Below, one piece after another: positions 8,855 through 15,465 of a DNA stretch of 24,000 nucleotides (position 1 is the stretch's first letter; the number at the start of each line of letters is the position of its first letter). The DNA comes from Betaproteobacteria bacterium. Lineage in GTDB: Bacteria > Pseudomonadota > Gammaproteobacteria > Burkholderiales > Burkholderiaceae_E. Made by a program: the position numbers and the translations under genes. The notes beneath the pieces are model-generated. The model worked only from the letters and a program-made list of their open reading frames with translations. It searched no databases and had not been told where the DNA came from. Location: positions 6,481 to 30,480 of the forward strand of contig JAGWVN010000031.1 of assembly GCA_018970865.1 (NCBI GenBank). Reading direction: 5' to 3'.

Positions 8855-8873
8855 GCGTCGCCGGGATCCGACC

Positions 8874-9740
8874 ATGAAAACTCTCCGCACCCTGCTCGCC
8901 GCCCTCCCGCTGGCCCTCGGCCTGTCCGTCGCCCAGGCCTCCGAAGGCGGCTTTCCGCTCGACCGCTTCCCGGTCGAGAAGCTCACCGACATCCCGTCGC
9001 TGCAGAACGGCGCCAAGCTCTTCGTGAACTACTGCCTGAACTGCCACGGCGCGTCGTCCATGCGCTACAACCGGCTTCAGGACATCGACCTCACCGAAGA
9101 CCAGATCCGCAAGAACCTGCTCTTCACCGCGGAGAAGGTCGGCGAGCCGATGAAGGTGGCGCTCGCCCCGGGCGATGCCAAGGCCTGGTTCGGCGCGCTG
9201 CCGCCCGACCTCTCGGTGATCGCGCGGGCCCGCGCCTCCGGCGCCGGCAGCGGCGCCGACTGGCTCTACACCTACCTGCGCTCGTACTACCGCGACGGCA
9301 CGCGGGCCACCGGCTGGAACAACGCGCTCTTCGAGAATGTCGGCATGCCGCATGTGCTCTGGGAGCTGCAGGGTGCCCGCGGCGTCACCATCCAGGACAC
9401 CAAGGCGGTGAAAGACGAGAAGACCGGCGCGCTCACCGGCTACCAGAAGGTGACCATCAGCTTCGACCCCGCCGGCAACCGCACCGAGAAGGTCGAGAAG
9501 CTCGAGGGCAAGCACCACCACGACAAGCGCGAGATCGTGCTCGGCAAGCCCGAGGGCGGCACGCTGCCCCAGGCGCAGTACGACTCGGCCGTGGCCGACC
9601 TGGTCGGCTACATCACCTTCATGTCCGATCCCTCGGCGCGCAGCCGCACCCAGCTCGGGGTGTGGGTGCTGCTGTTCCTGTCGGTGTTCACGGTCTTCGC
9701 CTGGTGGCTCAACCGCGAATACTGGAAGGACATCAAGTAA
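8874..9740 (+). CDS. petC: Cytochrome c1
   Basis: 288 aa. It has a signal peptide, the haem-binding motif CLNCHG, PPDLS, and a C-terminal membrane anchor (VWVLLFLSVFTVFAWWL). It is third in the petABC order. Confidence 0.93.
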   Translation: MKTLRTLLAALPLALGLSVAQASEGGFPLDRFPVEKLTDIPSLQNGAKLFVNYCLNCHGASSMRYNRLQDIDLTEDQIRKNLLFTAEKVGEPMKVALAPGDAKAWFGALPPDLSVIARARASGAGSGADWLYTYLRSYYRDGTRATGWNNALFENVGMPHVLWELQGARGVTIQDTKAVKDEKTGALTGYQKVTISFDPAGNRTEKVEKLEGKHHHDKREIVLGKPEGGTLPQAQYDSAVADLVGYITFMSDPSARSRTQLGVWVLLFLSVFTVFAWWLNREYWKDIK

Positions 9741-9760
9741 GTCTTCCGGCGTCATCCACC

Positions 9761-9797
9761 GGGGTGAGCCGGCATCCGGCTCACCCCTGATTTTTTT
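9761..9797 (+). terminator. Rho-independent terminator of petABC
   Basis: GGGGTGAGCCGG-cat-CCGGCTCACCCC is a 12-bp perfect stem. It is followed by TGA and TTTTTTT (9791-9797), 21 nt after the petC stop. Confidence 0.9.
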
Positions 9798-9829
9798 CAA
9801 GCACACCGTTCACAAGGGAGCCGCTCGCC

Positions 9830-10444
9830 ATGATGGTTCTGTATTCGGGCACCACCTGCCCGTTCAGCCAGCGCTGCCGCTTCGTGCTGTTCGAAAAGGG
9901 CATGGACTTCGAGATCCGCGATGTCGATCTCTACAACAAGCCCGAGGACATCTCGATCATGAATCCGTACGGCCAGGTGCCCATCCTGGTCGAGCGCGAT
10001 CTGATCCTGTACGAGTCGAACATCATCAACGAGTACATCGACGAGCGCTTTCCGCATCCGCAGCTCATGCCGGCCGATCCGGTGATGCGCGCCCGCGCCC
10101 GGCTGTTCCTGTTCAACTTCGAGCGCGAGCTCTTCGTCCATGTGCAGCAGCTCGAGCGGCGCGACCACCACAAGGACGCGTCCAAGCAGATGGAGAAGGC
10201 GCGCCTGCAGATCCGCGATCGCCTCACCCAGCTCACGCCGATCTTCATCAAGAACAAGTTCATCCTCGGCGAAGACTTCTCCATGCTCGATGTCGCCCTC
10301 GCGCCTCTGCTCTGGCGCCTGGACCACTACGGCATCGAGATGCCCAAGACCACCGCGCCCCTGCTGCGCTACGCCGAGCGCATCTTTTCCCGGCCGGCCT
10401 ACATCGAGGCGCTGACGCCTTCCGAGAAGGTGATGCGGCGCTGA
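9830..10444 (+). CDS. sspA: Stringent starvation protein A (GST-fold, RNA polymerase-associated)
   Basis: 204 aa. By eye it is collinear with E. coli SspA (LYSG...S...R.VL.EKG..FEI..V......EDI...NPYGQVP.LV.RDL.LYES.II.EYIDERFPHP.LMP ... APLLWRL). An AAGGGAG SD lies upstream. Confidence 0.95.
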   Translation: MMVLYSGTTCPFSQRCRFVLFEKGMDFEIRDVDLYNKPEDISIMNPYGQVPILVERDLILYESNIINEYIDERFPHPQLMPADPVMRARARLFLFNFERELFVHVQQLERRDHHKDASKQMEKARLQIRDRLTQLTPIFIKNKFILGEDFSMLDVALAPLLWRLDHYGIEMPKTTAPLLRYAERIFSRPAYIEALTPSEKVMRR

Positions 10445-10475
10445 GCGCCGGGCCCTGGCCGGCGCCGAGACTGCG

Positions 10476-11030
10476 GTGAGCGAACTCTCCACCAAGCCCT
10501 ACCTGATCCGCGCCATCCACGAGTGGTGCGCCGACAGCGGCTATCGCGCGCACATCGCCGTCGCGGTCGACGAGACCACCCGCGTGCCGATGGAGTTCGT
10601 GCGCAACGGCGAGATCGTGCTCAACATCTCGGCCGACGCCACCAACCGGCTGCAGATCGGCAACGAGCTGATCGAGTTCGAGGCGCGCTTCAACCGCATC
10701 GCCCGTCAGGTGTCGGTGCCGATCGCCAATGTCTCGGCCATCTATGCCGCCGAAACCGGGCATGGCATGGCCTTCGATGTCGCCAAGCCGCTGGCGCTCG
10801 CGCCGCCGCCGGCGCCCGCCCCGGGCGAGTCCGGCGCCGGAGAGCCTGCCGCGCAGGCGGACGGACGCGAACCGGCATCGCCAGCATCGCCGGTGTCACT
10901 GGTCTCCATTCCCACGGCGGGTAGCCCGTCGGGCGCCGCCGATGCGCCCGCCGGCCGCGGGGCTCCCGACACCGATCCGCCGCCGGGTGCGCCCGTCGGC
11001 GGTCGGCCGCGCCTGACCCGCGTCAAGTAG
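10476..11030 (+). CDS. sspB: ClpXP specificity-enhancing adaptor SspB
   Basis: 184 aa. KPYLIRAIHEWCADSG...HI.V.........VPMEFVRNGEIVLNIS matches the SspB substrate-binding domain. A Pro/Ala-rich linker follows. The C-terminal tail RPRLTRVK resembles the ClpX-binding tail (E. coli ...RPALRVVK). Confidence 0.93.
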   Translation: MSELSTKPYLIRAIHEWCADSGYRAHIAVAVDETTRVPMEFVRNGEIVLNISADATNRLQIGNELIEFEARFNRIARQVSVPIANVSAIYAAETGHGMAFDVAKPLALAPPPAPAPGESGAGEPAAQADGREPASPASPVSLVSIPTAGSPSGAADAPAGRGAPDTDPPPGAPVGGRPRLTRVK

Positions 11031-11059
11031 CGTCGGCGCCAACCCGGGCGCCTCCTTTC

Positions 11060-11135
11060 GCCGGCTTAGCTCAGTTGGTAGAGCAACCGCCTTGTAAGCG
11101 GTAGGTCACCTGTTCGAGTCAGGTAGCCGGCACCA
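11060..11135 (+). tRNA. tRNA-Thr (anticodon TGT)
   Basis: Manual cloverleaf. Acceptor stem GCCGGCT/AGCCGGC. D arm GCTC-AGTTGGTA-GAGC. Anticodon stem ACCGC/GCGGT with loop CT-TGT-AA. Variable loop AGGTC. T arm ACCTG-TTCGAGT-CAGGT. Discriminator A with an encoded CCA. 76 nt in total. Confidence 0.95.
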
Positions 11136-11149
11136 TTTCCAGGCGTCGT

Positions 11150-11165
11150 CGCGCGGGCCCGCGCG
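11150..11165 (+). terminator. 16-nt perfect GC palindrome (CGCGCGGGCCCGCGCG) 15 nt after the tRNA 3' end; possible tRNA transcript terminator or processing hairpin
   Basis: The palindrome was read directly. No U-tract follows, so the function is only guessed. Confidence 0.2.
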
Positions 11166-11238
11166 GGCGCTGGTAGAGGCGGGGCTGCGCGAGCGTCCAT
11201 CACGGCGGAGCTGCGCGGGATGCGTGCGGTCAGTATTC

Positions 11239-11248
11239 TGTATACAAT
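11239..11248 (+). promoter_or_regulatory. Palindrome TGTATACA (GntR-type GT-Nx-AC operator candidate) overlapping the -10-like TACAAT, 9 nt upstream of the GntR start
   Basis: This is the only AT-rich patch in the region (cagtattctgtatacaatgg). The 8-bp palindrome is at 11239-11246, TACAAT at 11243-11248, and the ATG at 11258. Confidence 0.35.
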
Positions 11249-11257
11249 GGCGATCCC

Positions 11258-11941
11258 ATGGCTGTGTCGCTCACCCGCCTCGCGCCCGCCCCCGATCTGG
11301 TCGATCAGGCGCACCGGGCCATCCTCGACGCCATCTGCGACGGCTCGCTGCCGCCCGGCGCCCGCATCACCCAGGAAGATCTCGCCGAACGGCTCGCGGT
11401 CTCGCGCCAGCCGGTGCTTCAGGCACTGCGTCTGCTCAAGGCCGAGGGCTTCCTGCAGGATGCGCCCGGCCGCGGGCTGCAGGTGGCGCCGCTGGATGTC
11501 CGCTGGGTGCGCCAGGTCTATCAGGTGCGCGGCGCGCTCGACGCGCTGGCCGCGCGTCTGGCGGCGCAGTCGCGCTGCCGCATCGATCCGGGTCTGATCG
11601 CGCAGGGCCGCGTGGTCGCCGCCGGCGACGACATCCCGGCCATGATCGATGCCGACTTCGCCTTTCACCAGGCGATCTGCCAGGCCAGCGGCAACCCCCT
11701 GCTCGCGCGCATCGCCGATCAGCACTGGCAGCACCTTCGCCGCGTGATGGGCGCGGTGCTGCAGACCGCCCGTCGCGCCAGTGTCTGGGACGAGCACCAG
11801 GCGATCGCCGACGCGATCGCCGCGGGGCGCGCCGACGAGGCCGTCGCGCTCACCGAACAGCACAACCAGCACGCCGCCGATGGCCTGGCGCGCGGGCTCA
11901 GCCAGGTCCTGAATCTTCCCCACACCGGAGACACGCCATGA
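11258..11941 (+). CDS. GntR-family transcriptional regulator (FadR/FCD subfamily)
   Basis: 227 aa. The N-terminal winged helix-turn-helix reads ...I.DAI..G.L.PG.RI.Q.DLAERL.VSR.PV..AL..L.AEG.L. The C-terminus is an all-helical FCD-like ligand domain (D..FH.AI...SGN.LL...). Confidence 0.9.
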   Translation: MAVSLTRLAPAPDLVDQAHRAILDAICDGSLPPGARITQEDLAERLAVSRQPVLQALRLLKAEGFLQDAPGRGLQVAPLDVRWVRQVYQVRGALDALAARLAAQSRCRIDPGLIAQGRVVAAGDDIPAMIDADFAFHQAICQASGNPLLARIADQHWQHLRRVMGAVLQTARRASVWDEHQAIADAIAAGRADEAVALTEQHNQHAADGLARGLSQVLNLPHTGDTP

Positions 11942-12819
11942 GACTCACCCCCGAGCAGCTCGCGCAGTTCGACCGCGACGGCTACCTCTTCTTCCCCGGC
12001 CTGTTCACGCCGCAGGAAACCGCGGCGCTCAATGGTGCCGTGCCCGAGCTCTACAGCCGCCGCGAGGCCTACAACGTGCGCGAGAAGGGCAGCGACGCGG
12101 TGCGCACCAACTTTGCAGCGCACATGTACAGCGAGCCCTTCGCACGGCTGGCGCGCCATCCGCGCATGGTCGAGCCGGTGATGGACCTGTTCCAGGAGCA
12201 GGTCTACATGCACCAGTTCAAGATCAACGGCAAGATGGCCTTCGAGGGCGATGTCTGGCAGTGGCACCAGGACTACGGCACCTGGAAGAACGACGACCTC
12301 ATGCCCACCGAGCGGGCGATGAATGTTGCGATCTTCCTCGACGATGTCAACGCCTACAACGGCCCGCTGATGTTCATCCCGGGCAGTCACAAGCGCGGCG
12401 TGATCGATGCGAAGCACGACCTCACCACCACCAGCTATCCGCTGTGGACGGTCGACAACGATCTCATCGCCAGACTGGTGGAACGCGCCGGCGGCAAGCA
12501 GGGCGGCATCGTCAGTCCGCAGGGGCCGGCCGGCTCGATGATCCTGTTCCACAGCTGTCTGGTCCATGCCTCGGCCAGCAACCTCTCGCCCTGGAACCGG
12601 GTCAGCGTCTACCTGAGCCTGTGCGCGGTGTCCAACCACATCCGGCGCGCCCGGCGGCCGGAGTACATCGCGCATCGCGACTTCACCCCCATCAGCTGCC
12701 TGCCCGACGACTGCCTGCTGCGCGACTACCCGGTCGATGTGCCGTGGAAGAACGGCGTGCCGCCGAGCGCGCTGCAGACCAGCGACGAGCCCTTCGCCGA
12801 CCGGAAGCTCGCGGCATGA
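11938..12819 (+). CDS. Fe(II)/2-oxoglutarate-dependent dioxygenase, PhyH superfamily, ectoine-hydroxylase (EctD)-like
   Basis: 293 aa. The ATG overlaps the GntR stop (ATGA). By eye it is collinear with EctD: LTPEQL.QFDRDGYL, WHQD (HxD iron ligands H110/D112), NGPLMFIPGSH, distal His in LFHSCLVHASASN (H210), Arg in SPWNRVS, and RPEYIA near the C-terminus. This is a sub-ORF of track ORF 11224..12819. Confidence 0.88.
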   Translation: MRLTPEQLAQFDRDGYLFFPGLFTPQETAALNGAVPELYSRREAYNVREKGSDAVRTNFAAHMYSEPFARLARHPRMVEPVMDLFQEQVYMHQFKINGKMAFEGDVWQWHQDYGTWKNDDLMPTERAMNVAIFLDDVNAYNGPLMFIPGSHKRGVIDAKHDLTTTSYPLWTVDNDLIARLVERAGGKQGGIVSPQGPAGSMILFHSCLVHASASNLSPWNRVSVYLSLCAVSNHIRRARRPEYIAHRDFTPISCLPDDCLLRDYPVDVPWKNGVPPSALQTSDEPFADRKLAA

Positions 12820-14180
12820 ACCTGCACGCCAAGCTGCAGCAGCGCGCTGCCGAAGGCCGTCCGGTTCGCGTCGGCCTGATCGGCGCCGGCAAGTTCGGCT
12901 CCATGTACCTCGCGCAGATTCCGCGCACGCCGGGTGTGCACCTCGCGGCCATTGCCGATCTCTCGCCGGTGGCTGCGCGGGCCAATCTCGCCCGCGTGGG
13001 CTGGCCGGCCGAGCGCACCGCGGCCTCCAGCATCGAGGCCGCCCTCGCCGCCGGCACCACCCATGTCGGTGACGACTGGCAGGCGCTGGTGCGTCATCCC
13101 GCGATCGATGTGGTGGTGGAGTGCACCGGCCATCCGGTGGCCGCGGTCGACCACTGTCTCGAGGCCTTCGCCCACGGGAAGTCGGTGGTCAATGTCACCG
13201 TCGAAGCCGACGCCTTCTGCGGTCCGCTGCTCGCCCTTCGCGCGCAGCAGGCCGGGGTGGTGTATTCGCTCGCCTTCGGCGACCAGCCGGCCCTGATCTG
13301 CGATCTGGTCGACTGGGCGCGCACCTGCGGCTTTCCGGTGGTGGCCGCCGGCCGGGGCCACAAGTGGCTGCCGCACTTCGCCCAATCCACCCCCGAGACG
13401 GTCTGGGGCCACTACGGTCTGACGCCCGAACAGGCGCAGCGCGGCGGCCTCAATCCGAAGATGTTCAACAGCTTCCTGGATGGCTCCAAGCCGGCGATCG
13501 AGAGCAGCGCGGTCAGCAACGCCACCGGCCTGGGCGTGCCCTCCAACGGCCTGCTGTACCCGCCGGCCAGCGTCGAGGACATCCCCTTCGTGACCCGTCC
13601 GGTTGCCGAGGGCGGGGTGCTCGAGCGCAAGGGCATGGTCGAGGTGATCTCCTCGCTCGAGCCTGATGGCCGGCGCATTCCTTACGACATCCGCATGGGG
13701 GTCTGGGTGACCGTCGAAGGCGAGACGGAGTACATCCGCAACTGCTTCGAGGAGTACAACGCCCACACCGACCCGAGCGGACGCTACTTCACCCTCTACA
13801 AGCGCTGGCATCTGATCGGCCTGGAGGTGGGGGTGAGCGTGGCCAGCGTGGCGCTGCGCGGCGAGCCCACCGGCGTGGCCACCGCCTGGAATGCCGATGT
13901 CGTGGCCACCGCCAAGCGCGACCTCGCCGTGGGCGAGATGCTCGACGGCGAGGGCGGCTACACGGTGTGGGGCAAGCTGCTGCCTGCGGCCACCTCGGCC
14001 GCGATCGGCGGCCTGCCGCTGGGCCTCGCCCATGATGTGCGGGTGATCCGTCCGGTGCGCCAGGGCCAGAGCCTGAGCTGGGACGATGTCGCCATCGACA
14101 CCGGCACCCGCGCCTACCGGCTGCGGCGCGAGATGGAGTCCTTGCTCGGCACCCGCTCGGCAGACGGTCTGGCGGCCTGA
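12816..14180 (+). CDS. NAD(P)-dependent oxidoreductase, homoserine-dehydrogenase-like Rossmann domain with a C-terminal SAF domain (COG4091-type); function unknown
   Basis: 454 aa. The ATG overlaps the dioxygenase stop (ATGA). The N-terminal dinucleotide fold is VRVGLIGAGKFGSMY. The C-terminus (AKRDLAVGEMLDGEGGYTVWGKL......VRVIRPVRQGQSLSWDDV) looks like a SAF beta-clip. This is a sub-ORF of track ORF 12261..14180. The family assignment is from memory and needs HMM confirmation. Confidence 0.8.
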   Translation: MNLHAKLQQRAAEGRPVRVGLIGAGKFGSMYLAQIPRTPGVHLAAIADLSPVAARANLARVGWPAERTAASSIEAALAAGTTHVGDDWQALVRHPAIDVVVECTGHPVAAVDHCLEAFAHGKSVVNVTVEADAFCGPLLALRAQQAGVVYSLAFGDQPALICDLVDWARTCGFPVVAAGRGHKWLPHFAQSTPETVWGHYGLTPEQAQRGGLNPKMFNSFLDGSKPAIESSAVSNATGLGVPSNGLLYPPASVEDIPFVTRPVAEGGVLERKGMVEVISSLEPDGRRIPYDIRMGVWVTVEGETEYIRNCFEEYNAHTDPSGRYFTLYKRWHLIGLEVGVSVASVALRGEPTGVATAWNADVVATAKRDLAVGEMLDGEGGYTVWGKLLPAATSAAIGGLPLGLAHDVRVIRPVRQGQSLSWDDVAIDTGTRAYRLRREMESLLGTRSADGLAA

Positions 14181-14575
14181 GGCCGGGGCGGGGCGAGGTC
14201 GAGCGCCACCGCCCGGCCGAGCTCATCGCCCACTCTCAGCAGATCGCCGGCGGCGCGCCCGAGTTCGACCATGGATTCAGCCAGCGCCAGGGTGGCGGTC
14301 TGCAGCCGCGCCGGCCCGTCCAGACCCAACAGGCGCCGCTCCAGGCGGGCCAGCGCCCGGGCCGCGCGCGCGTTCGGCGGGGGCCCGATGCGGGTGAGCT
14401 CCAGCAGCAGCACCGCCCGGCGTCGGGCGTCGAACCCCGAGGGGTGGCGGCGCGACAGGCGTCGCCACTGATCCGGGCGAAAGTGATCCATGAGTGTCCC
14501 GAGTCGCCGGCCGAACATCGGCCGGTTGTCGGAGCATAGCCGCCGCCGGTCGGCGGCGGGCGTGATCGGCTTCAC
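14114..14575 (-). CDS. Hypothetical arginine-rich, mostly helical protein, 153 aa from GTG 14575 (125 aa if it starts at ATG 14491)
   Basis: Across 14190-14575 this frame has near-uniform G/C at codon position 3 and mixed composition at position 2, the signature of real coding in this genome. Without it there would be a roughly 420-bp gap. I recognise no family. There is no convincing SD. The 3' end overlaps the convergent oxidoreductase gene by 67 nt. Confidence 0.4.
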   Translation of the reverse strand: MKPITPAADRRRLCSDNRPMFGRRLGTLMDHFRPDQWRRLSRRHPSGFDARRRAVLLLELTRIGPPPNARAARALARLERRLLGLDGPARLQTATLALAESMVELGRAAGDLLRVGDELGRAVALDLAPPRPQAARPSAERVPSKDSISRRSR

Positions 14576-14599
14576 GCCGGCGGGAAGCCGGCTGCGGAA

Positions 14600-15025
14600 C
14601 TACTTCACCAGCAGAACCGGCACCTTGCTGAGTTCGCCCACCCGCTGGGCCACCGAACCCATCAGCAGGTCTTTGAGGCCCGAGCGGCCCTTGCTGCCCA
14701 GCACCAGCAGATCGAATCCGCCTTCGCTGGCCGCGGCGGCGATCTCGGCGGCGACATGGCCGGTGCGGATCACCATGTCGTGGCGCACGCCGGCCTTGTC
14801 GAGCAGCTTGCGGGCATCGGCGAGGTCCTGTTCGGACAGGTCGCGCAGGTAGTCGTTGACCGCCTTGCGCCCCACGAAGCGCTCGGCGTGGCGCAGCGCG
14901 GTGTCGTCGTGAACGCTGATCAGCGTGACCGTGCTGGGCGACTTCAGCTCGGCCACCAGCTTGACCGTTTGCCGGACCGCCCGCAGCGCGTTCTTGGAGC
15001 CGTCGGTGGCGAGGAGGATCTTCAT
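14600..15025 (-). CDS. Universal stress protein (UspA family)
   Basis: 141 aa. MKILLATDGS at the N-terminus and the ATP-binding-type C-terminal motif DLLVLGSKGRSGL..LLMGSVAQRV....VPVLLVK. A GGAG SD lies upstream. Confidence 0.9.
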   Translation of the reverse strand: MKILLATDGSKNALRAVRQTVKLVAELKSPSTVTLISVHDDTALRHAERFVGRKAVNDYLRDLSEQDLADARKLLDKAGVRHDMVIRTGHVAAEIAAAASEGGFDLLVLGSKGRSGLKDLLMGSVAQRVGELSKVPVLLVK

Positions 15026-15089
15026 GTCGGGGACTCCTGGGGTAGGACGGGATCAGACCAGGCCGGACGCACCCGCCCCGGAGGACGCG

Positions 15090-15410
15090 TCAGGCGGCGG
15101 GTGTCGGCGGCAGCAGCTTCTGCAGTTCGCCCGACTGGTACATCTCCGAGACGATGTCCGAGCCGCCGATGAACTCGCCGTTCACATAGAGCTGCGGGAT
15201 GGTCGGCCAGTTGGCGTAGTCCTTGATGGCCTGGCGCACCTCGTCGTCTTCGAGGACATTGACGGTGACCAGGTTGCGGATGCCGCAGGCCTTCAGGATC
15301 TGCACTGCGCGCCCCGAGAAGCCGCACTGCGGGAACTGCGCCGTGCCCTTCATGAACAGCACGACCGGGTTTTCGGTGACGGTTTTCTGGATGAATTCCT
15401 TGGCGTCCAT
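15090..15410 (-). CDS. grxD: Monothiol (CGFS-type) glutaredoxin, Grx4 family
   Basis: 106 aa. VVLFMKGT..FPQCGFS active site, WPTIPQLYVNGEFIGG.DI. A GGAG SD lies upstream. Confidence 0.95.
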   Translation of the reverse strand: MDAKEFIQKTVTENPVVLFMKGTAQFPQCGFSGRAVQILKACGIRNLVTVNVLEDDEVRQAIKDYANWPTIPQLYVNGEFIGGSDIVSEMYQSGELQKLLPPTPAA

Positions 15411-15465
15411 CGCGTGTCTCCGTGAGTGGAGCCGCTATTCTAGGCCAGGACTCGGCGAGCGCCGG

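Noticed and set aside
7367-9016. 549-aa minus-strand ORF opposite petB
   Set aside because: It is antisense to canonical cytochrome b. The translation is His/Arg/Asp/Glu-rich nonsense with no domain.
11938-12819. Calling this gene ectD (a bona fide ectoine hydroxylase)
   Set aside because: About half of the defined EctD signature positions are substituted, and no ectABC/ask_ect genes are adjacent. Only the superfamily-level, EctD-like call is justified from sequence alone.
12726-14033. 435-aa minus-strand ORF opposite the SAF-domain oxidoreductase gene
   Set aside because: The plus-strand frame has a Rossmann GxGxxG motif, coupled starts and a coherent sequence. The antisense frame has none of these.
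11060-14600. tRNA-Thr-associated genomic island or integrative element
   Set aside because: There is no integrase, transposase or phage gene. I found no convincing direct repeat of the tRNA 3' end downstream: only an 8-nt CCGGCACC match inside the usp gene, which is expected by chance at this GC content. By eye there is no obvious compositional break. The block is treated as an accessory metabolic operon, not a demonstrable mobile island.
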